NCBI GenBank assembly: GCA_964019335.1
Contig: OZ025659.1
Span: 1 to 64,000, forward strand
Reading direction: 5' to 3'
DNA from: Diplonema japonicum
Lineage: Eukaryota; Protista; Euglenozoa: Diplonemea
Length of the DNA: 64,000 bases
The notes below the pieces were generated by a model. The model had not been told where the DNA came from. It searched no databases and saw nothing but the letters and a program-made list of their open reading frames with translations. Position numbers and translations under genes: made by a program. Position 1 is the first letter of the stretch. Each line of letters starts with the position of its first letter. Shown here piece by piece: positions 1 to 10,121 of the stretch.

Positions 1-344
1 GTTTGCGGGTTTGCGGGTTTGCGGGTTTGCGGGTTTGCGGGTTTGCGGGTTTGCGGGTTTGCGGGTTTGCGGGTTTGCGGGTTTGCGGGTTTGCGGGTTT
101 GCGGGTTTGCGGGTTTGCGGGTTTGCGGGTTTGCGGGTTTGCGGGTTTGCGGGTTTGCGGGTTTGCGGGTTTGCGGGTTTGCGGGTTTGCGGGTTTGCGG
201 GTTTGCGGGTTTGCGGGTTTGCGGGTTTGCGGGTTTGCGGGTTTGCGGGTTTGCGGGTTTGCGGGTTTGCGGGTTTGCGGGTTTGCGGGTTTGCGGGTTT
301 GCGGGTTTGCGGGTTTGCGGGTTTGCGGGTTTGCGGGTTTGCGG
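1..344 (+). repeat. Perfect 8-bp tandem array (GTTTGCGG)n, 43 units, running off the left edge
   Basis: Read directly. It contains no A, so there are no stops in any + frame; this explains the artefactual (RVCGFAGL)n ORFs. Confidence 0.98.
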
Positions 345-3300
345 AGAGCTTTGTGGATCCGATCGGTTTTGAGGCCTACATCCACTACATGGCAAAGCAA
401 GGGGAGTGGGGGGACCACCTTTGTCTGCAGGCGGCGGTGGAGGTCTGGCAAAAGACGGTCGTGGTCGTGACCGGGGGTGACGCCCAGGTCTTGAAGCTCG
501 GGGAGGCAAGGGAACCGGAGGATACGGTGGTGCTTGGCTTCACGGGATCCCACTACAGGCCTGTGTTGGTCTCGGAGGGCGGAAAGTCCACCCTGGTGGA
601 TTGGGCGGTGGAGGCGAGGCTAGCCCCCTCGGGGACCAGGCCCGCCATCCTGGACCTCGCCCACCTCCTGATGCCGGAGTCCTCCATCAGGCCCAACGGA
701 CACCACATGAAGGATGCCCCACGACTGGACAGCAAGGTCAGGAGTTTCCAGTGCCCGGTGAGGGGGTGCGAGAGGTCGTCCCACATGGGAGGCCCGGCGA
801 TCTTGGGGTGGGAACTGCTGAAGTCCCACTTGAACGACCACCTGCTGGACGAGGAGGTACTCCCGCAGGAGCTGAAGAAGTTTGGCCTCAAGACCTGCGT
901 GTGTGGGTCGGTGGTGGGCGAACGGGAGGCGGCTCACGTCAGGTGCATCGCCAGGTACAGCGCTCCTGGGGGTCCCGTGGATGTGAAGGCGGCCCCTAGC
1001 CGGGACGCACTTCCTTCTCTGGAGGAGGTGGCCACCCGGAAAGTGGGCCTCATGAAGCACATCCCCGTCCCGCTCCAAGGGTTGTGGAGTCTGGCGCTGA
1101 AGACGGCACTGGTGAGGGTGAAGCAGGAGAACTCCTACCTGTCGTGGGTGCTGCTCCTGATGCTTCCGAAGGCTTGCCTGGGCAGACGCAGGGGTGGAAA
1201 GGCACGTCGGAAGTCCGGGGAGAGCAGCGCCAAGCAGAAGTTGGAGGCCTGGATCAGAGGGGAGTACCAGCAGGTGTGGAACGGAGTCCCCCTATCGGAG
1301 AAGAGAGTCTCGAAGGATCCAGACGACGAATCCAGGCTGAAGAGAGGGGAGACGCTGTGCAGGGATGGGCGCTTCTCCAGAGCCAACGCAGCGCTAACTG
1401 CGGGAGGGTTGGCGGAGGACTCCACCGAGACCTTCGAGAAGCTCCTGGGCCTCCACCCTGAGGCATCGGTTGACCCCTCGGGGCTAGAACTGAATCCGGC
1501 TGACTCCTTCGAGGACGTCACGGCCGTCGACGTTCTGAGCATGGTCCGGGACTTTGACAAGGGGAAAGCGGCTGGGCCGACTGGGTTGAGCGCCCAACAC
1601 CTGAAGGACGGGGTGGACGGCGTGGTGACGGAAGTAGGGGCCCTGGCGGCTCTCACCGAGGTGTGCAATATCATGGCCAGAGGTCAGACTCCGGCTGAGG
1701 TGGCACCGGTGCTACTAGGGGCGAGCTTGATTCCGCTGCGGAAACCGGACAGGGGAGTCCGTCCGATCGCCGTAGGAGAGAGCCTGAGACGACTTGTAGG
1801 GAAGGCAATCCTTGACAAGGAAGGGGCGGAAGTGGCCAAGTCCTACCTGAGGAAGGGGGGCCAGATCGGGGTGGCGGTCCCCGCGGGGATGGAGGCGGCT
1901 GTCCACGCGACAAGGCAGTACGTGGAGAAGGCGAAACAGGACGACGTATCCCGAGTGGCGATCAAGATAGACTACGCAAACGCCTTCAACACAATCAGCA
2001 GGTACGAGATGCTAAAGGAGGCGTGCGCGAAGGTTCCCAAGGGGTACAAGTGGGCCGAATCTTGCTACAGACACCCATCCAAGCTGTTCCACGAGGGGAC
2101 GGAGCTACTCTCGAGGGAGGGGGTCCAGCAGGGCGACCCGGTGGGTCCGTTGCTGTTCTCCCTCGCGCTGCAGCCAGTACTGGAGAAGATAAGGGCGGAT
2201 ACAAGTCTGGACCTCCAGTTCTTCTACCTCGATGACGGGTTCCTGGCCGGAGAGAGGGGACAGGTGGAGAAGGCCTACCGCATCGTGGTAGAGGAGTCGG
2301 CGAAGCGAGGCCTGAAGGTGAAGCCGCAGAAGTGCGAGTTGATCTGGGTGTCTGGTGAGAAGCCGACCGACCCAGAAGAGTGGGGCTTCTCCGGTTTCTC
2401 CAAGGAGAAAATGAGCTCGGATGGGAACTTCGAGCTCCTGGGGACCCCCATAGGGGACGCGGAGTACACGAAGGCCTTCTTGGCAAAGAAGCTCGAGGCC
2501 CTGGGCAAGACCTTCGAGATGCAGAAGAAGATGAGGACCCAGTCGGGCTACGCCTTGGTGAAGAACTGCAGCTCGTACAGCAAGATGGTCCACCTCATGC
2601 GCACGGTACCGCACACGCAGCTAGCGGGCCCCTTGACGGAATTCGACGGCCTGGTGAAGGGGGCGATGGAGCACCTTCTTGCCCGGGAGCTCGGGGAGAG
2701 GGAGTGGAGCCAGGCGAAGCTTGCGACGAGGAGGGGAGGGATGGGCCTTCGCAGCTGCAGCGAACACGCCCTAGTGGCGAACATGGCCTCGCTGGCGGCG
2801 ACCCAGGAGCTGGCGTCGGAGATCCTGGGGGGGTACGACTGGGACGCTTCACTGGCGGGTGGCTGGGAGTGGGGGGTCGAGTGGTTCAACGGCCACCTCG
2901 CAGCCGACGATCCTGACAGGCTCTCCGTGGACCTGCTGCGAAACACCCCGAGGCTGTACCCTCAGAGGAAGATGTCGCAGATCCTCGAGGAGAAGTCCTG
3001 GGGTGCGCTGTTCGGGAGCTCCCCGGGTGGTAGGGACAAGGCCAGGTTGAACTCGCTGAAGGTTCACAAAGCAGGGGCTTGGCTGACGGCGATCACGGGC
3101 TTGAATAACGAACTAAAGAACGATGAGTTCAGGACGCTGACCAGCTGGCTCCTTGGCACCGCAGTCGGGTCCGAGGGGAAGTGCCCGATGTGCGGTGAGG
3201 ACAACGACGCACTAGGCGACCATGCCATGGTTTGCAAGAGAGGTGCGGTCATGACGAAGAGGCACGACAGGGTGAGGGACATGTTGGTGAAGCACTGCTA

Positions 3301-6300
3301 CAGCGGCGGGTTGCAAGCGGTGAAGGAGCAACAAGGCCTCCTGGGTGACGGGAGGAAGCCTGCTGACGTTTACCTCCCGATGGGGGTGGAAGGCGAGGGC
3401 CCTCTGGCCATCGACGTGACGGTGGTCCACCCGTGTGCGAGCGCCCACCTGGCGGCGGCAATGGCGGTTCCGGGGGCGGCTGCGGAGAAACAGGCGGAGT
3501 CGAAGCGGGCGAAGTACGCGAGCGACTGCGAGAGAGCCCGGATACGGTTCACCCCCTGTGCTCTGGAGACGTTTGGCGGGTTCGGGACCGACGCCAGGAG
3601 GGTGCTGAAGAGGATCGCGGCGGAGGTGGCGAAGAAGAGGCAGCGGGACGCGACGGAGGTCTATAGGACCATGACAGAGGAACTGAGCGTAGCCCTCATG
3701 AGAGAGGTGGCAGTGGAGACGAGGAGGAGGCACCCGATCAAAGAGACACAAGCACCGCCCGACCCACCCCCGGCCCCAGACATCCCCCCCGATGGCCCAG
3801 GAGACGAGGAAGCCCAGGCAGCGGGCGCCCCCCCACCCTCGACGGAGGACGCGTCAGGCACGACAAAAACCGAATCAGCCGACATGCCCGCTGGAGAGGA
3901 GGAAGTGTGCACGACGCAGGATGGCCCCAGCGCGATGGAGGAGGACCCGGCAGAGGACATGCCAGAGGAGCAGGCGGAGTTGCAGACAGGCCCTCTCTCA
4001 TTGCAGGGGGAGGACTTCGGCTTGATGGAGGTGGAAAGCGAGGACGGGCTGGAGGGCGGTGCTCCGCAGGCGGACATCCCCGCCGCCCCCCCGGTCGTCG
4101 GAGGGACGGACTTGGCCCCCGCGGGGGAGGGGGGGACCCCTGACGCGACGGAGGTGAGGGAGCCCTGGGAGGCAGTGCCGCTACCAGACGTCTCCAGCCC
4201 CGACGCGATGGAGGATGATACGGCAGGGAGCTCGCTCGCAGAAGGGTGGGTCCCGCAGGCAGGCCCCGCTGCCCCGCGGGTGGACATCTCAGGTTCTAAA
4301 GAAAACGAAACAGCCGACTTGTCCATGGGGGAGGGAAGTCCTCAGGAGGAGGAGCCCGGCTTGATGGAGGAGGACACGGAAGAGAGCGGGGATGGGCAGG
4401 GCGGAGGGACGTCGCTGGGATACACCTCCACCCCGGCGGAGGAGGTGGGCCCGACCGACATGTCCGTGGAGGAGGAGGAGGAGAAGAGTGATTCGATAGA
4501 GGGTGGGGAACCCATGGAGGGGACGTCTCAGTCGGACGCCTCCGACTCCTCCTCGGAGGGCAACACTGGCACAGAAAACACCATCCAAGCCGCATTGCCT
4601 GAAGGAATGGAGGAGGAGGACGCGCAGGGAACGGACCGGATGGAGGTTGAGGGGGGCCTGACTCCGCCGCAGGCATCAGAGGGGAACACTGGCACAGAAA
4701 ACACCATCCAAGCCGTATTGCCCGAAGGAATGGAGGAGGAGGGCTCGCAGGGGACGGTCCAGACGGAGGTTGAGGGGGGCCTAACCCCGCCACAGGCATC
4801 AGAGGGGGATGAGCCTATGGGGCCACTCCTGCTCGAGGGACGGGCTGAGGTAAGTGGAGAACCGAGCAACCACCAGTTTCCCCTCTCTCCGTCCCCCTCG
4901 GGAAGGGAGGACGACCAGATGTCGTGGCAGGGGCCGCAGGAAGGGGAGGGGGGGCCCTCACCGTCATCTTCGATGGAGGAAGTCCTCTCGTCCGCCCCAG
5001 AGTCCAGCAGCGAAGGCCCCGGGGTCGGAGAAGGGGACGCAGAGTTGCAGAGCGCCGGAGGGGAGGGAGGTTCGGAGTCACCCGGGTCGGCCAGCCCGAT
5101 GAGGGAGGACGAAGGGAGCCCCGATCTGGAAGCGGCAGAAGCCGGAGGCCCGCCAGCGGCGGTGAGCCAGGAGGTGGAGCGGACCGGGCTGGGCGCGTTC
5201 TCTAGGGAGCAGATCATGGCGATCCTGGAGGCGGATGTCTTCTCTCCTGTACCCGCGGGAGAAAGCGGCCTGGGGACGACACAACCCTCACAGGGAGCGG
5301 CGGTGCTAACCCCAAGGGCCTCCCAGTCGGTGCTCGGAGGAGGGTGCGACTCCCCCATTGTGGCGGCGGTGTTGGAAGGGGCTGCCCGAGGCCCCCCTTC
5401 GTCGGAGGGGGACAGGGCAAGGCTTGGGGGAGACCGTGAGTCAGGCTCTCCGGAGGCCAGGAGCACGGGGAACACACCGTCCGTGACGCTTGTGGGAGCC
5501 ATCGGGGAAAGCCTGGTGAGGAAGAGGGTCCCGTCCAACGAGGCCCTGTCCGCCCAGAGGGATCCCAAGGTACAGAGGCACCCAGCGTTGCTGGACGTCA
5601 GGGGGCCTGCGGTCCGCCCCTGGTTCCCAGTCCAACTAGAGTCAGACGAAGTTTACGTGGCGCGGGTTCTCTTCGAGGCGGACGGGGAGGAGGAGTCCCC
5701 CATCCAGTCGGAAGGCGTCGAACCCCCTATCCAGGCGGAGGGTGGTGAGTCCCATGTCCGGGAGCTCCCCGCCCAGGAGGAGGAGGCTGGGTCTCCCACC
5801 CAGGCGGAGGTGGGTGAGTCCCCCACTCAGACGGAGGGCAGTGGATCCAGCATCCAGGTGGAGGATAGCGAATCCCCTACTCAGTCGGAGGGTGATGAGT
5901 CCCACATCCAGGAGGAAGGAGGGGAGTCCCCTGCCCAGGCGGAAGGTGAAGCTAATGAGCCCCCCATCCAGACGGGAGCGGCGGTGGAGGACGGGACCGC
6001 GCCCGAGCCCCTCGAGATTGATTCGCCGGAGGTCAGTGGGAACAGGGGTCTGGCGAGGAAGAGGGTGCCCTCGAATGAGGCTCAGTCCGCCCAGCGGACC
6101 CCAAAAGTGAAGAAGGGTCGCGGCCAGCTGGACGTAAGAGAATCGAGCCTGGCCGCTGGCATGCGCGTGCTGTTCGGAGCGGTTCCGCCCCCTTCCCTGA
6201 CCCCCTTGGCCGTGGGTAGCAGGCCGCCGCAGGAGGAAGGCGAAACGGCGCAATCTCCCATTCCGGGGGCGAGCGGTGCAGGGCTCTACTCTCCAGAGGC

Positions 6301-6664
6301 GAGGTTCCCGGAGGCGCCCGTGGTGTCCATGGCCGCGGACCTGTGCGAGTCGGACGGGATGGAGGCACATTCGGCCCCCTCCGGTGTGGACAGAGAGCCT
6401 TCGCCCGCTCGTCCGTCGCAGTCTCCCGTGCTGGGGGCTGAAGGCGGGGGGCGCCTCTCTCCGGAGGTCAGTACCCCAGAAACCTCCAACCCCGATGTCC
6501 GGGTAGAGGGCGGGGAAAAGGTCGCCAGAAAAAGGGTACCTTCCCACGAGACCCAGTCGGCCCAACGCGCCGCTAAGGTCGGGAAGGGCCCTGTCCAACG
6601 AGATGTGAGGGGGCCCCAGGGTGGTCGATCCACCCCCCTGGGCTCGCAAGGGCCCAGGGCTTGA
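345..6664 (+). CDS. Retroelement polyprotein: C-terminal half of an OTU protease, C2H2 zinc finger, RT, CCHC, RLE, ~970-aa acidic repeat-rich tail (true start not visible)
   Basis: OTU-like YIHYMAKQGEWGDHLCLQAA...GSHYRPV; CPVRGC...HLNDH; RT motifs GVRPIAVGESLRR, KIDYANAFN, GVQQGDPVGPLLF, FYLDDG; CPMC...DHAMVC, RHDRVRD, KPADVY, AIDVTVV, KRAKY. Confidence 0.88.
4553..4807 (+). repeat. Tandem 123-bp (41-aa) duplication in the retroelement tail
   Basis: SEGNTGTENTIQA.LPEGMEEE...EVEGGLTPPQA units start at 4553 and 4676. Confidence 0.9.
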
Positions 6665-6770
6665 GCAGCCAACATTAAGGGTTCCTGAGGGAAGCCCTCT
6701 TTAGAATTCCCCCCCCTTTTTTTTTTTTTTTTTTTTTGCAAGAACGAGTCTTTGACTTGTCTAAACAAAA

Positions 6771-6846
6771 GGGGAACGTTGGCAACGTGTTTCGGGTTGA
6801 CAAACGTCTCCAGGTTTTACCCGGCACGTACAAACAACGGCCAGTC

Positions 6847-6850
<4 letters not shown>
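6771..6850 (+). repeat. Dispersed ~80-nt hairpin family 1, copy A
   Basis: Shares CGTTGGCA.CGTGTTT, AAAC.TCTCCAGGTTT, GCACGTACAAACA and CCAG..CTC with the minus-strand copies at 27354-27430 and 30669-30748; followed by ~50 T. Confidence 0.8.
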
Positions 6851-6901
<51 letters not shown>

Positions 6902-7040
6902 CCATTACAACAAAACGACAAAGGGGAAAAAAAAAAAAAAAGAAAGTTAGCAAAAGAAAAAAAAAAGGGGACCGGGAGTTTTCCCCCTGAAGTTCCTTTG
7001 TTAAAACATGTTTGCTGTTGGGTTTCCGTTTCTTTTCTTT

Positions 7041-7170
7041 TTGGTTTTACTAGGAGTTTTCCTTCTACAGATTGTTTGCTGATGGTTTTGAGTTGATTCT
7101 TTTTTATTTTTTATCTTATGGTTTAACTAGAAGTTTTCCTTCTACAGCTTGTTCGCTGACGGGTGGGTTT
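7041..7170 (+). repeat. Diverged ~45-bp direct repeat pair
   Basis: ggtttt/aactag(g/a)agttttccttctacag(a/c)ttgtt(t/c)gctga occurs at ~7043 and ~7120. Confidence 0.75.
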
Positions 7171-8180
7171 ATCAGGCGGGCTTCCATAGCTGGTGACCTA
7201 TGGAAGCCTTCCCAAATTTTTTCTTTTTTTCAGGCCGGGCTGGGGAAGGACGGCAAGACCACCAACGGAGGAGAAACCGCTGCAGAAAGGGGAAAGGTGC
7301 AGGAAGACGAAGAGGACGAGAGGGCGTCTCACAAAGACTCCCTTCAATTCATATATCTTTTATTTTCTTTTTATTTTTCTTTTCTTTATTTTCTTTCTCC
7401 CAACCCTACCCCCCCTCGAAAAAAAAAAAGAAAAGAAAAGAAAAGATTCATTCCTCCCTAGATTATTATATTTTGCATCAGGTTCGCCGAGAAAATAAAA
7501 GGAAAAACAAGGAAAGAGAACGGCAACCAAATTTTAAATTTTTATTTTATCATCAAAGGAGGTTTGAAAAAGAGAAAAATTAAAGAGAAGAAAGAGACCT
7601 TTTTCTCCTCTATCGATAAGTGATTCACGAACTCGAATCTTTATCACCACTTTTTTGTGCATGCCAGATTTTTTTTTTCTCCCGCCTTGTTAGAGAAGTT
7701 TTAATTTACTAGTAAAAAAATAAAAAAAGTGAAAAGAGGAGTAGAAGACGATCCGGTGGGGGGCATGGGAACCATAAACCGTGTCTTCCATCGCGATCGG
7801 CAAGGCGGGGGCTTTTCCGTCCCATGGGTGAAAAGAGGCGGATAAAACCACTATTCCGGACCCCCCCCAACACTGAGCATGCACTTTTTCCCCCATACAT
7901 ACCTCTCTTGTTTATCAAAATATCACCAATTTTACGGCGGACGCCAAGAAAAAAAAAAGCCAAGGAGAAGGAGTTTAGGGAAATAACAAAAGACCTACGG
8001 CCCCAAGGAAGGCGGTGAAAACAGCCATGGTGGGCCAGCCCTGGCAGACAGGGAGCCTGAACACCAAGAACACCGCGGAGCCAAATTTGCATCCGGAATT
8101 TTCGGTTTTCAAACTTACAAAAACCCCCTGTAGGCATCTGCGTCCGTCCAGCCCCATTTTGGCACCCCTTTTGGGTGCGG

Positions 8181-8234
<54 letters not shown>

Positions 8235-8565
8235 AAAAGAAACAACAAAAAAAAAAAAAAAAAAAATTAATTAATTAAAAATAAAACTAAAAATAAAAAT
8301 AAAACACAATTTAAGACTAAAACTTTTTCCCCTTTCGGGACTTGAGAATGTTTTTTTTTTTTTTTTTTTTCAAAAGACACACAAGGCACGATAAACCTTA
8401 AGAAAATAAAAAAAAAAGAGATATTCCAAAGAAAGTGAATAAAAAAGGGGTAATTCACTTGCCAGATTTGTACTTACTTACTTATGTGTTGTAAAAAAGT
8501 TCCAAATTGGGAATTCGAAAAAGGTGTATAATAAAACGCGTTTTCAAGTTTTTTTTTGAAAATAA

Positions 8566-8700
8566 GGAAGCGGAAACGGAAATGGAAACGTTTCCTTATT
8601 TTGGGTCGTTTCCTTGAGAAGGGAACACGTTTCCTCTGAGAAGGGAACGCGATTCCTTAAGTATCTGAAAAATATAAAAGAAACGGATTCGGAAACGAAC
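8566..8700. repeat. Cluster of GGAAAC/GTTTCC motifs and a duplicated TTTCCT..GAGAAGGGAAC; possible DNA-transposon subterminal remnant
   Basis: Motifs seen in both orientations; the transposon reading is inference. Confidence 0.4.
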
Positions 8701-10121
8701 CATTCATGCAATTCAATGCAATAACAGAGCTCTGAGGAAAAAAGTAGTGAAGCTCCAGAAAGTGCTGTGTTCAGCTCCGGAGTGAGACAAAAAGTTCCGC
8801 CGCGAAAAAAAATATAAGAACACGAAGCGTCAAATTAATCTTGCCCTTGCTGCCCTGATAAAACAAGGGACACAGTCAGGGCTGCGACTCGGGCCACAGC
8901 AGCAGCTCCCCCTCTCCGCGATCCTGTCTCGGAGCAGGTGCCCGCTGGAGGGTTCGTGGGTACAGGGGTGGGCAGGAATAAGGGTCGATGCGACAGGGAC
9001 CCACCCACTTGCTGGAGGTGGGAAATCGGATGTTTCATGCCCCTGCTCCGCAAGCGAGTCGGTGGCGAATCCGTAGTTGCACCGGCAGTCCATTTGAGGT
9101 GCTCTGAACCACGTGTACTATCTCATCCCTAGCCTGCGAGCCTGCCATCACCTGGGTGCACTGGGTCGACCTTCGTAGCATAGTACACCCTGCGGGTTGA
9201 AAGCTCTCGCATTTGGTTGCAGTTCCATTCAAGAAGTAGGGAATAGCATATCTTGCCACGTCTCCAATAGGCCCCGACAGGCAACACGTGACGTGTGAGA
9301 GGTACAGATTCGCACTTCTTCATCTGTCGCATTCACAGTACTTCCGTGTCATGTTCTTCAGTCTAGCTGCTGACCGCGGCTCGTTCGAACCATCTTCGAG
9401 GTCGTCAGTGAAGCGGATGATGCCTAAGGCAAGGCAAGGTCTGCGAACGAGGCAGAGCCAGCAACTTGTGGAAGACCTGGTAACTGGGCTATGCTTATTA
9501 TGTTGAACAACTTGAAAATAAATTAAGAGGACGAGCGGAAGGGGGAAGGGAGATGGGGAAGAACGTGAATCAATTGTTGAGATAGTGGCGAGCGGGCACG
9601 TTTCTTCTTTCGATATTTCTTTTGTCAAAAACATGGGTCCCCAAAAAATTGAAAAAAGTGTCGCGAAAGGAGAAAACAATTATAATATCAACGCCCCCTT
9701 GTTCTCATCCAGGTGGAGATGACAAAATAGCGCAGAGTTGACCACATAGAACGTGCATTTGAAACCGTGCTCTTTGTTCAAAGATTGCCACTTGAAGAAA
9801 GGGCCAAGGGCCTCATGTACATTAGACGTACAGTCGCCCGCCAGAGAAGAGGCTTGATGTGAAAAGAAGAAGGAACAAACATAACGTCGCCGTTGAAAGG
9901 GGCTGAAGGGCGTTTATAACCCAGAGAATTATTTTTTGCGGTGAAAAAGTTAAAGAGGGGGAGGGCTCCAAAAGGAAAATGTAGACTAACCTTTCGAAGT
10001 ATCCCCCCCCCCGAAAGAAGGTAATCCATTTCCATAAAAAAGATTTTGTTTCAATGAAAAATCTTAGAACGATAAAAGGGTTTAATGATGGCAGAAAGTA
10101 CCAGCAACGACCAAGAAAAAA

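Larger units (their letters stand above)
345..6716 (+). mobile_element. Non-LTR retrotransposon with restriction-like endonuclease (CRE/SLACS-like clade); 5' end replaced by or fused to the 8-mer array
   Basis: Single ORF with RT and a downstream CCHC + RLE. Short 3' UTR with hairpin AGGGTTCC/GGAAGCCCT (6678-6698), then C8 and T21. Confidence 0.88.

Noticed and set aside
1-344. Array as a chromosome-terminal telomere, or as a real (RVCGFAGL)n protein
   Set aside because: The G-rich strand has the wrong polarity for a left end, and the ORFs arise only because the repeat lacks A.
6675-8460. Poly-Lys/poly-Phe ORFs here and in other spacers
   Set aside because: They are translations of A/T homopolymer runs; coding-like patches at 7230-7340 and 7740-8180 could not be assigned.
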